Origin: a virus
DNA: 64,000 bases
Virus record (IMG/VR): IMGVR_UViG_3300048033_001096
Span: 105,232 to 169,231 of that record
Strand: one strand, 5' to 3'
Shown: in pieces, positions 19,101 to 30,100 of the stretch
Layout of the letters: every line of letters starts with the position of its first letter
Numbering within the stretch: the first letter of the stretch is position 1
The notes under the pieces: model-generated
Databases searched by the model: none
The model's input: only the letters and a program-made list of their open reading frames with translations
What the model was told of the DNA's origin: nothing
Made by a program: the position numbers and the translations under genes

Positions 19101-22100
19101 CCTTAAAATTGATAGTGATTTACATAATGGCGGTAACACTTCAGTTACATCTAATGACTTTACGCAGATTATATCTGACGGAATTGGTATTTGGGCTAAA
19201 GGCGGCGATGCATTAACAGAAGCAGTTTCGGTGTTCTCGTACTACAATTATGCAGGTTATTTTGCAGAAGATGGCGCAAAGATACGTGCAACAAATGGTA
19301 ACAGTTCTTATGGTACTTTTGGTGTTATTGCTGAAGGATTTGATGTAAATGAAGTCCCGGCAGTCGGAGTTGTAAACAACAGAGATAACGAAGCTACAGC
19401 AGAAGCAGTATCAGCATTAGGCCAAAACTCGGAAATTTTAAAAATTCAATATACACATGCAGGTGAAGAATATTACAACACTACAACAAATTTATTACGT
19501 TACTCTAACGATTTACTTGCTGATACGTTATGGCTTACTGATAGTAATTTGTCTATTACTAGAGCTGCAACAACGCCGTACGAAAACGAAGTAGCTTGGA
19601 GAGTTGTTGCAAATACATCACTTACTGATTCTTCTTACTTTTATCAAACAAGAGAAATATCTCCACAAGGAAGAACATATACTAATGTATCAGGATTTAA
19701 TATATCAGGTTCGGGTATTGAAGCTACATTTGATGTAACAGTTAACTCTGACGGATATGAAGTTTCAGTAAATAATGGCGGCAGCGGTTATGTTATTGGA
19801 AATCAAATACAATTAGACGGTAGAAGTTTTGGAGGAAGAAATCCAGAAAATGATATTATTATTACTGTTGAAGATCTAAGTATTACTTCGATATCGCAAA
19901 TACAACATGAAGGAATAGTTCCAGAAGGAAGTGCTTTACCTTATAATGTAAGTATTCATGCTAAGAAAGGTGATACACCGTATTTTGATTTAGTTACTGA
20001 ATTTTCAGGTGGCCCTACATCACAAACAAATTATGTAAGATATAATTTTGAAACTGATTTAGCTACTACAACATTTAATGGTAATACATATCCGCCTACG
20101 AACATAAAAGCTGACTTTTTAGAAGACGGATGGTATAGAATTTCTTATACAGTATTTGACGAGTCAGCATTAAACAATTTAATTACCTTTAAAATTTATC
20201 CAAGAGGTACAGATGGTATTGAAGGATTTACTAATTTTTATGGAGCTCAAATTACTATTGGTAGCGAAGATAAATTCTTTGTTAACACTAAAGATGACAC
20301 TTCTAGTGTATACGCAAATTTAAATATTTCAGGCGCAGGAACTGGTGTTGATGCTCGTGCAAACGAACTAAGAACAGGGTCAGTTTTTCAAGCAAGGCTT
20401 TTAGAAAGCGAACAGGTACGTTTAGGTGGATTAGGATATAATCTACAAACTAACAACGCACAAGCTGGTAATACTGAATATTTAACATTGGCACAGTCAG
20501 AAGTTGCAACAGCAGCTGAATACGAAGGTATGCGACTAGTTGTTAATTCTGGTAAAGGTGCAGGACAATACGGTATTATTTCAAACTATGACGAAACTAC
20601 TAAGTTTGCGTACATTGTTAAAGAATCTTTTGATCAACAAGAACTTGTTGCTGTTAATCCTGTAGAAAATTCATTAGTATTAGGATTAGATTCTGATTTT
20701 CATGGAGTTTATATAGGACAAAAAATTCAAGTTACTCCAACTTTCTACGATATTGGAGTGTCAAGTACTTCGCAAAGCGGTATTGATGTAACAGGAACAC
20801 TAGGCGATTTAAATAATTATATGTTTGTATCTAGTACAGACAGATTGCGTGTAGGACAAAAAATTAATTTTAGTGGCGTTCCTTTCGGCGGAGTTATTAT
20901 TGGATTTGACTATTATATTATTGACATCATTGACGAAAGATCAATACAGATTTCTACATCATTAGGTGGTGCAGTTTGGCCACTTACAAATGTCAATATT
21001 GAAGACCCAGATGATTCGCCAATTGTATTAACTGGAGAGGTTCCTTCGTTTACTTTAAATTATCCAGACGACACTAGCTATCTTACAGCAGATACAACTG
21101 ATAACATGCAAGTTACTTTGCCAATACAATTTACTGGTAAAGCTATTGGCGGAATTGAATTAGGTAGCGTTTATTACATTCAAGAAGTATTTAATGACAC
21201 GCAGTTTTCAATATCTGAATTTATTTTAACAGAGGACGTAACAGCAACTAACGCAGCTAACAATACTTTAATTACTCTTGATACATCAGGGCTAAATCCG
21301 TTAACTCCGATTATATTTAAAGAAGGCAATGTTTTAGGTGGGCTACAAGAAAAAACAAAATACTATGTTAACTCAATTGTAAGTGGTACTGAATTTACAT
21401 TAGCAAGTGATGTTATTACTAGAACTGCAACAGCATCAGAAGGAATTACTAACCTAATTACTGTTGATAGCACAGCAGGATTTATACCAAATTCTCCAAT
21501 AACATTTACTGGAGTAACATTTGGACAAATTGATAATGACAAAGTATACTATATTCAGGTTGTTAACGATGCAACTTCTTTTACAATCTCTGAAGCACCG
21601 GGCGGTGCAGCAGTTCCGTTAACAACAGCAGTTGGTGAAGTTTTTGTTAGGACTTCGTTAGATGAAGTTGTTATTAGCACTGATACCGGAACAATGGAAT
21701 TCCAAACAACAGGTACTAAATTTGTGTTAGATTCTGGCAGAGATATAATGGAAGGATCGTTCTTTACTGAAATATTTGCCGGACTTGAAACTGGTGTAAC
21801 TTATTATGTTGTTGATAAGTTTGATACAAATTCGTCAAAAGAAATTAAGATATCTGAAACAGAAGGTGGCGCAGCAATACTATTAACAGAAGAGTCGGGA
21901 TCAATGCAAGTTAACGAAGTTGGTTGGGATCACATTAACGCAGGAACTCCGTTAGTTACGACTTTTGATTCAACATCTGTTTATCAAATAGAACCAAGAA
22001 TAACATTTGATGCACCGCCATTTTATACAGAACTAATGCCTACCGTATCATTTGGTAACGGTAATGGTTTCTGTACAATTGTTGACGATAACGATAGTCA

Positions 22101-24072
22101 AATTCTTGCAATACCTAATGACGGCGACACTGTGCTCGGAACAACTGATTTTACAGATTGGGACGTTACATACAGATTGCCATTTGACGGTAATGACGGT
22201 ACAAATGGCGGATGGGTTGATGCTACCTACGGTAATAATACTTTCTTTATTATGTCAAAAGACGGTAGTGATTCTTTATATAGTAACTCAGCTGGGTTAA
22301 CTTGGCTTTCGGTTGATATGCCTACATTGCCTGAGGCCGGCCCTGGAGAAAAACAAGGTATTTGGAAATCAGTTGCATACGGTAATGGAAGATTTGTTGC
22401 TATTGCTAATAATGTAGAGAATAGTGCATATTCAACTAATAATTGTAATTCATGGACTGAAGTAACAGGTCCTATAGATATCGAAGGCGAAGAAGATTGG
22501 AGAGATATAGCATACGGTAACGAAATATTTGTAGCAATATCTGGATCAAGCGATACTGCAAAATATTCAACAGATGGCGGAGAAACATGGAACGCTACTG
22601 AAATCACAGGAACATCAACTGTTGATAATTGGAGAGCTATTGAATTTGGCAACGGAAGATTTGTTGCAATTTCAGAAGACGATCGTCCAGCAGTTTACAG
22701 CTTTGACGGCATTACATGGTATCCGTCAAATGTTGATGTATCTGGTAATATTTTAAAATATGCACAAGGAGTGTTTGTAGTTATTAATTCATCAACTGGA
22801 TTATGTTGTACTTCTGCAGACGGATTTACTTGGAATTTACAAACTGATACAGTAGGCGGAGACTACGATGTATGCGGATTTGGACTAGATCCAGATACGA
22901 AAAAAGGTTGGTTTATGACTATTAATGAAGTAGGTAATCAGGCATTTAAAATAAATGCAGGATGTAAAGCAATTGCTAGAGCAAGTGTTGCTAATGCAAG
23001 ACTTACAAGTATTAGCTTACTAGAACCTGGTTCGGGATACGAAGATGATAGCTTTGTTCCTAATGTAAAAATTACAGATCCAAATAATTCCGAAGAAGCT
23101 CTAATACAAGTGCGTGTCGGTAATGGAACATTAGGTGCACCAAACTTTGTAAGTTTCGGTAGTGGGTTTAATACAACGTCTACAGCTATTTCTATTAGGG
23201 GTAATGGTTTTAGTGATTCGTTCCAAACAGGTCTAACATTGATTGCAAAAGAAATTACTAGATTCCCAAGTCCAGGTGACAACTTACAGTTTGAAGGCAA
23301 TCCGGAAGTATATCGTGTTGCTAAAGCAGAAAGATTACGAGGTACCGAAATACCAAATCTTGAGACATTAATAACTTTAAGTCCACAGTTAACACAGGAA
23401 ACAGCACCAAATCATAATACGCCATTTACTATTCGTAGTAGATTTAGTCAATGTCGTATTACAAATCATGACTTCCTAAACATTGGATTTGGTAACGAAG
23501 TACAATCCAATTATCCATTCCTTCCTGAAGAGACAGGACTTGAGCCGCAAGACGAAATTCAAGAAACAAACAACGGGCGTGTGTTCTACTCAAGTACAGA
23601 CCAAGACGGTAACTTTAGAGTTGGTGACTTGTTTGCTGTAGAACAGGCAACAGGTGTCGTTACACTAAGTGCTTCAGAATTTGGACTAGAAGGTCTAACT
23701 GAATTAACAATTGGTGGTGTTGCACTTGGTGGCTCACCGGTTGTTGTTTCAGAATTTTCAACAGATGGTACATTTGTTGCTAACTCAAATAATATTGTTC
23801 CAACACAGAGAGCAATTAGAACATATTTGGCAAGTAGATTGTCACAAGGTGGTTCAGATACATTTACAGGATTGCTACAAGCAGGTACTGTTAAAGTAGG
23901 TGGACCAGACGAAATTACATCATCGGTACCAGAAGGCGGCGAGGGCTGGCAAGTTAAGATTGGTACTAAGGCAATGGTAGACGGACCATTTGCAGGTTGG
24001 AGCGGAGACGGACTAGCAATGTCTTATTTTATGAAGACATTTACCGATCCTACACGCGGCGACTTACAATAA
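16198..24072 (+). CDS. Giant virion protein B1 (CBM5/12-like W..Y..GD.V.Y repeats, interrupted beta-helix, YGNG/Asp-box propeller)
   Basis: ATAAATA at 16164; repeated W.....Y..GD.V.(Y/F)GG..Y.C; YYVATNGTD; GDELR; YGNGRFVA repeats; STDQDGNFRVG. Confidence 0.7.
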   Translation: MSEFKISRLRFSWVGEWKDQYVYNKDEIVQFEGKAYVCLIPHTSNGFYADLSNIEPKWELMMTGQTWKGPWQQFTNYALDNIVIFGGVVYKCNEQHLSASIIDPDIDKWDVYAESKTWKSEWTSNTTYGPGDIVNYGGSAYECIIAHISAETDLLGLEADYTDIDDSTERYWKLSTYGVQYRGDYSTFSEDSTYIRYKLNDVVKYGPSLYKCIWGHSPGIAIEDFSTNMEMADSFVPEYWEEWLPGLDFDNVWDVDTFYQPGDVVLYGGYLFQSKIINNLGNKPSTTYGEDSTDAWEIISEAYSIDGDWIVDSEYKVGSVVRYGGDLYVALTDSIGQNPGSFEVTIPYESEGSSGNTIILNAEDSVPLDAITVGMTVTGEGFARGQQVEVVEVDAETKLITVTLNYPPDGAINDEAVLTLAGTNYAFWELLIPGFQYEGRWSEGRTYNADDVAYFGNATYKCTREHTSALVNRPDLDLQNNYWIIYLQHDQRNSLTTPGQMIVFDKDDGNIPLEIGDEASILKVINGLPTWSDIDFTPNVYYVATNGTDLPDRGTTPDTAWASIKYACEIIKEGTLQQNAKELIQKNKEWIVQETFYWFLYQQNQGIAPFGDSFNFDNEKVIRDSRQIVDAAVKDLTRGGNAQTVAAALSYFDLESTNRFTNDEIAAQAIYFKIFFVKLFEHIEFALTNTPSGTNYQQLEGDRLGGDLKPGMIPFATQYFNTNLVLDSNTLTIVRAFERIYVESFTLGSPNTIPPANESAYSTINIKAGTYLEELPIVVPCNSALNGDELRGTTVQPANPVNTLCTKTTGDINLFTVGSTVNMEHNTPVQFVSLNPINEISTIIGDVIAGQTYYVIGDSITPTAFAVSEEPDGVPFEIRTNIGGMYVYGGNALRDMFYVQNATGIRNMTVKGLRGTLTVENEYLTRRPTGGAYVSLDPGEGPDDTTAWITYKSPYIQNVTTFGKGCVGLKIDSDLHNGGNTSVTSNDFTQIISDGIGIWAKGGDALTEAVSVFSYYNYAGYFAEDGAKIRATNGNSSYGTFGVIAEGFDVNEVPAVGVVNNRDNEATAEAVSALGQNSEILKIQYTHAGEEYYNTTTNLLRYSNDLLADTLWLTDSNLSITRAATTPYENEVAWRVVANTSLTDSSYFYQTREISPQGRTYTNVSGFNISGSGIEATFDVTVNSDGYEVSVNNGGSGYVIGNQIQLDGRSFGGRNPENDIIITVEDLSITSISQIQHEGIVPEGSALPYNVSIHAKKGDTPYFDLVTEFSGGPTSQTNYVRYNFETDLATTTFNGNTYPPTNIKADFLEDGWYRISYTVFDESALNNLITFKIYPRGTDGIEGFTNFYGAQITIGSEDKFFVNTKDDTSSVYANLNISGAGTGVDARANELRTGSVFQARLLESEQVRLGGLGYNLQTNNAQAGNTEYLTLAQSEVATAAEYEGMRLVVNSGKGAGQYGIISNYDETTKFAYIVKESFDQQELVAVNPVENSLVLGLDSDFHGVYIGQKIQVTPTFYDIGVSSTSQSGIDVTGTLGDLNNYMFVSSTDRLRVGQKINFSGVPFGGVIIGFDYYIIDIIDERSIQISTSLGGAVWPLTNVNIEDPDDSPIVLTGEVPSFTLNYPDDTSYLTADTTDNMQVTLPIQFTGKAIGGIELGSVYYIQEVFNDTQFSISEFILTEDVTATNAANNTLITLDTSGLNPLTPIIFKEGNVLGGLQEKTKYYVNSIVSGTEFTLASDVITRTATASEGITNLITVDSTAGFIPNSPITFTGVTFGQIDNDKVYYIQVVNDATSFTISEAPGGAAVPLTTAVGEVFVRTSLDEVVISTDTGTMEFQTTGTKFVLDSGRDIMEGSFFTEIFAGLETGVTYYVVDKFDTNSSKEIKISETEGGAAILLTEESGSMQVNEVGWDHINAGTPLVTTFDSTSVYQIEPRITFDAPPFYTELMPTVSFGNGNGFCTIVDDNDSQILAIPNDGDTVLGTTDFTDWDVTYRLPFDGNDGTNGGWVDATYGNNTFFIMSKDGSDSLYSNSAGLTWLSVDMPTLPEAGPGEKQGIWKSVAYGNGRFVAIANNVENSAYSTNNCNSWTEVTGPIDIEGEEDWRDIAYGNEIFVAISGSSDTAKYSTDGGETWNATEITGTSTVDNWRAIEFGNGRFVAISEDDRPAVYSFDGITWYPSNVDVSGNILKYAQGVFVVINSSTGLCCTSADGFTWNLQTDTVGGDYDVCGFGLDPDTKKGWFMTINEVGNQAFKINAGCKAIARASVANARLTSISLLEPGSGYEDDSFVPNVKITDPNNSEEALIQVRVGNGTLGAPNFVSFGSGFNTTSTAISIRGNGFSDSFQTGLTLIAKEITRFPSPGDNLQFEGNPEVYRVAKAERLRGTEIPNLETLITLSPQLTQETAPNHNTPFTIRSRFSQCRITNHDFLNIGFGNEVQSNYPFLPEETGLEPQDEIQETNNGRVFYSSTDQDGNFRVGDLFAVEQATGVVTLSASEFGLEGLTELTIGGVALGGSPVVVSEFSTDGTFVANSNNIVPTQRAIRTYLASRLSQGGSDTFTGLLQAGTVKVGGPDEITSSVPEGGEGWQVKIGTKAMVDGPFAGWSGDGLAMSYFMKTFTDPTRGDLQ

Positions 24073-24105
24073 GATAAATACATTAACACGGAGTTAAAAT
24101 AAAAA

Positions 24106-27100
24106 ATGGCAGAGTTTAAACTAGGTAGAATTAGATTTGTTTGGCAGGGCGACTGGAGTGCTGATCGAACATATGTTGCAGACGATGTTGTAAGTTTTGG
24201 TGGTAAATCATACATTTGTATTAGAAACCATACATCAACAGCATCATTCCAAAATGATTTTGATAGTGAAATCAAGAAATGGGATATTGTTTCAGATGGT
24301 ACAGCTTGGCAAGGTGATTGGGAACCAGAATTTAGTTATGCACCAGGTGACGTTGTGCGTTATGGTGCAATTGTTTACATTGCAGAAACTGGGCATGTTT
24401 CTGCAACATTTGAATCACCTGACTTCTTAGGACTAGAAGCTGACTTAGACAAATGGACACCTTTTGCTACATCCTTTGATTGGAAAAGCGATTGGGAAAC
24501 CGCAACTAGATATAAAATTAACGACCTAGTACGTTATGGTGGATTTGTTTATCTGTGTAATACTGCTCATGTTTCTGCCGCAACAGTAGCACTTGGATTA
24601 GAAAACGATCAAGGTAAATGGACTTTATTCAGTGACGGATTAGTATACTTAGGAGAATGGGTAACTGAAAATCGTTATCGTTTAAACGATGTTGTTAAGT
24701 ACGGCGGCAACGTGTTTATCTGTACTACTCCGCACACATCAAATGACTTTATAAGTGATGAAGTAAACTGGGATGTATTTATTGAAGGCTTCCAGTTTGA
24801 AGATAGTTGGAATAATTCTACTGTTTATCAAATTGGTGATACTATTACATACGGTGGTTATGTATATGTTGCTAAGACTAACAATACAAACGCACAGCCA
24901 ACAGCAAGTCCAGATGATTGGGAAGTGTTTACAACTGGATTTGCGTTTCAAGGTGATTGGAGTTCGTTAGATAGTTACAAAGTAGGCGATGTTGTACGTT
25001 TGGGAGGCAATACTTATGTAGGTATCGCCGACAGCTTAGATCAAGAACCGCCAAATGATACTTATTGGAGTAGATTAAACTCTGGCATCAATTGGACTAG
25101 AAGCGTCGAATCTTTCTCACAAGTAGCTGGTACAAATGCAGCAGGGCAGTCAGGTTCAGGAGCACGATTTGACGTTGTTAAATCAAATACAGTTTACACT
25201 GTAAGTGTTTCAACAGGCTTTACTGGTACAGGTTATGCCGAAAATGATGTTATTACATTGTCAGGCGCAGATGTAGGCGGAACAACTCCGGCTAACGATA
25301 TTGTTGTAACTGTAACAGGAGTCACAGCCGGTGCAGTTGATTCAATTACTCATACTGGATTCTCGTCCTCTTGGATTGCTGGAAAAGATTACCATGTTGG
25401 TGATGTAGTTATATATGGAGCAAGTTCGTTTATTTGTGTAACTAAAAATACTTCAGAAACTGATAATAGACCAGACAATGACACTGAAGCAGTTTACTGG
25501 AACATTTTAACAATTGGATCCGAAGCACTATCGCTTGAAGTATCTGGCGACATGGTTTACTACGGTAATAATGGTCCAACTAGACTCCCAATCGGAGTTG
25601 ACGGACAAATTTTACGTGCAACTGACGGATTTCCTGAATGGGCAAACTATGGCCTAATTGACAACGTTGTTTATGTTGGCCCACTAGGTACTGATATTCC
25701 TGCACCTGAATCAGGACTAACAATTGACAAACCTTTTGCTAGTGTACGTTATGCACTTGATCAAATTCGTAACGGATATCTAAATCCTAAGACACGAGAT
25801 GTATTAAGAAATAATAAACAGTTTTTAATCAAAGAAGCATCTGAATGGGTAAAATATAATTATAATGTGCAGATTACTGCATCGGCAAGTGGCACACGTA
25901 CATTTACTTGTAACAGTACAGAAAATTTACGTGACGGGATTCCGTTTGTGTTTAGTGGAGACGTATTTGGAGGAGTTACTGCTGGAACAACATATTACAT
26001 CGATGCTATTATAAGCTCAACTGAATTTAGAATTAGTGACACTCAAGGTGGTATATCAATAATACTTACAGACGACACTGGTACTATGGAAGGTAATGCA
26101 TCTGTAAACTTTGACAATTTAGAAGCAGACTGTGCTAGAATTGTTGATGGTATAATTTATGATGTTTCAAGAGGCGGAACATTAAAGACTACTACTGCTA
26201 CAAACTTATATTATGTGAATACATATACATTTAGTGTTGAAAGCAATAATTATGTTTCACAAGAAGTTCAAGAACAAAAAACAATTAACCAAGAAGTATA
26301 TACAAAATTAAAAGATATTATTGACGATGTTGTAAATAATAGACACCCTGTTAATTATCAAGCTCTTAATGATATTAGTGTAGAAGACAGAGCACAGCAA
26401 GTACTTGATCTTGATCTAGTTGCTGAAGACCGCGGCAAGGAAAAAGCCGGCGACCTTCTTGACATTGTTGTTAATGGTATTGTTGCAGGATCTAACACAG
26501 CAATTGCTTTACCTGTACTTCCAAATACTACAGTGTTTATCAAGACAGGTACTTATAACGAAGTATTGCCAATGATTCTTCCAGAATACACTGCGGTAGT
26601 TGGAGACGAACTACGTACAAGTGTTGTACAACCTCGACCTGCTATTGCAAAACTAGCAAACGACAAAAATAAAACAACTAGTGCATTAAACAGAATTAAA
26701 GATCTTGCTCCTAAAGTAATACAAAATATTGAAGTAGAAAAAACAGCTGGAAACACTGCTATACAACAATATGTTAACGGTTATGGCGGCACAACTACTA
26801 CAACAAATAGATTAAACAATGGTATTGAAAAACTATCTGATATTTTAGAAAAAGGATTAACAGAAGTAGACCTATTACCTAACGTAGGACCTGTTCCTAC
26901 TAGTGGATCAAATAATGCAAGTGATAGTGGCTTTGCAAATGCTATTGCACAAATTGAAGCTAACGTTGACTTTATTGTTGCAGAGCAAACTGCTTGGATC
27001 CAAGCACAAGTAGACGGCGAGATTGCACCTTTTGCATCAGACTTTACGTTTGATACTGCAAACTGTGAAAGAGATACACGTTATATCTTAGATGCACTAC

Positions 27101-30100
27101 GTTACGATTTAACTTACGGTGGCAACTTAGAAACAACGGTTGCAGCAAGAAGTTATTTTGTAGACGGAAATCCAGTATACGGTACTGGCAAAAAAGAAGA
27201 AACACTTGCAACGTATGCTCATCTAAAATTGATTGTTAGCGATATAATTATTGAAGCTGCAATTACACCAACAGTCGGCAATGATGTAACACAAAATACA
27301 GACGGCGATGCAGGTTCAGCAGCAGCAGAAACATTTGCAGATACACGTATTCAAGAAATTTATGATACTATTGACACAGACGGTACACTACCTACACCTG
27401 TATTACCTGATACAAGTTGGGTTGACGGGGTTGTAAGTTCAGTTGTGTCAGACTTTGTTGCTGTAAAAGCAGACATTCAATCTGGAGCTATTGAATGGGT
27501 AAACGAAAATTATCCAACACTTGATTATAACCAAACTAAGTGCGAACGCGATGTAGGATACTTTGTAGATGCGTTAGAATATGATATACTATTTGGAAGT
27601 ACATTCCGTTCTACTAAAGCAGGCATGTCTTATCGTAGAGCAATTAGTTCTGCAGAAGTAGTAATTGATAGTCAATTAGAACCTACAATCGGAACTGTTG
27701 ATTATACTAGAGATAGAATTAAGTATTACACTACTAGGACTGCTAAAGTTGACGAAAGTACAGATTTAATTCTTGACATTTTAGAGAATGGTTCGGGATC
27801 TATTCCGTCTAGTTATACATACACAGATCCTGCAGGTTATGATACAGGATTTTTAAATGCTAGAAGATTAATTTCAGTAAATAAAGATTTTATTGTCTCT
27901 GAAATTGATGCATTCATGACTGACAACTACGGAGCATTTTGGGTGGCTTTAGATTCAGATTCAAAGGCACAGTGGTTAGAAGATTTAGACGAACAAGTTG
28001 AAGCTCTTAAGTATGATTTAACATACAGAGGTAACTTAGCAACTATTATACAATCAAGACTGTATTATGATTTACAAGGTGCGTTTGTGAGAGGCGCTAA
28101 TGAAAAAACAGAATCTTTAGCAGCACAGCAAAGACTAATTGATATTATTTCAGATATTGCATTAGGTACATTAATTACAAAGTCAACAAGCAATGCTGAT
28201 ACACAAGACAATACTGGAACAGCTGGGTCTGCAGGTGCAGCAGCATTTGCTCAAGATAGAGCTCAAGAAATTTATGAGTCTGCTGATAGTGGATTAGAAC
28301 CTGCATTAATTAGTCCATCAACAGCATGGACTGATGCTGCATTACAAGATCTTAAAACAGTACTTGATTCTAGATCAGAAACAATACAACTAGCTGCAAC
28401 AGATTATATTGATTTCTTATATCCTACACTAGATTATGATACATCACTATGCCAACGCGATGTTGGTTATATGATTGACGGTATTGGATACGATGTTATT
28501 TTTGATAGTAATTACTTAACAGTACAAAATGCTATAGCATATCGTAGAGGAACAGTTTCAACAGAACTAGTATTAAGTTCTCAACTACAAGAAACATTGT
28601 CTACAATTAGATTTGTAAACTCAACACTTACAGAAATTACTAAAGGTGTTGTTAGCGATACTGGTACAAGAGCTGCTGGCGATGCTGCATTTAAACTAGT
28701 TAAGGACATGAATACTATTATTCAAAATGGATTAGAAGCATTGCCGCCAATTAGTTATCCAACTGCTCCAGGCTACAATACTGCTGATTTTGCAGACACT
28801 GCATATGCAACAACATCAAATACAACCGGTGCAACAACAACTTATGGTGATGCAGCGGATCAGATTGTTGCTAACTACGAGTTTATACAAGATGAAGTTC
28901 GAAAGTGGTTAGAAGATTCAAATAACGGTTATGATGTTATTTGGGGATCTATTACTCCAGATGGGCAAGACCGTTGTATACGAGATGTAGGGTATATTTT
29001 AGATGCAGTGCGTTATGATTTAACATACGGTGGCAACACACAGTCATTAATTGCAGGCAGTGCATATTATTCAAATTTTGTATTAACAATTTCAGCAGCT
29101 GAGCTTCCGGCTACACTTGCAGCATATGCAAGACTAAAAGAAGTTGTTGAAGAAGTAATTGCTGAAACTACAGTAACTACAAGTCCAGGCGTGACTGAAG
29201 TACAAGACACAAGTGGAACACCTGGTAATACATCTTCAATTGAATTTGCTGGTGATAGAATTGACGATGTTCTTGACTACATTAATAATGCAAATCCAAA
29301 TGATACTATTGAAATTGCAAATAGTTGGCAACAAAAAGGAATTACAAAATCTTATAACAGAATTAAAAATCGTAAAGATGAAATTGTTGAAGATGTTGTA
29401 TTTTATGTTGAAAAATTCCATCAAGAATTGCAATACAATCAAGATACATGTCGTAGAGATGCAGCACTAATGGTTGATGCAATTGCACGTGATCTTTATA
29501 CTGGATCAAATTTTGCTACAACTAAAGCAGGTATGAGCTATTATAGATTAATAGCAAGTGCTTTAGAAGTTGTTAATAACGAACTGTATGCAACTGTAAA
29601 TAGTGTTGAGTTCTTAGCACAAAAAATAAGAAAAGTTGCAACTGTATCAGCTAATGCATCAATTGATTTGCTGATAACTGATATTACGTCATTTATTAAC
29701 GGTGGCAAAGTTCCAATTAATAAATGGGTTATAGCTGATGATTCAGACACAGCAGATGTTGCTGCGGCATCAATTATCTGGGAAAATAAAGCATATATTG
29801 TAGCAGAAGTTATTGCATTCTTAGATGATGCATACCCAGAGTTGACATATAATAAAGATAAATGTCGTAGAGATACAGGAATGCTTGTTGATGCAGTGCG
29901 TTATGATCTAACTTATGGAAGTAACTATGCAACACAAAAATTTGCAGAATTTTATTATCAGAAAAACTTTAACGAAGAATTTGAAATTGTTATTAGTACC
30001 GACGAAAAGGCAGCTACACTTGCAGCATATGATTATGCTAAACAAATCTTAACAGGATTAGCAGTAAACGATATTACTAGCCCTGGTGCAATACAAAATA

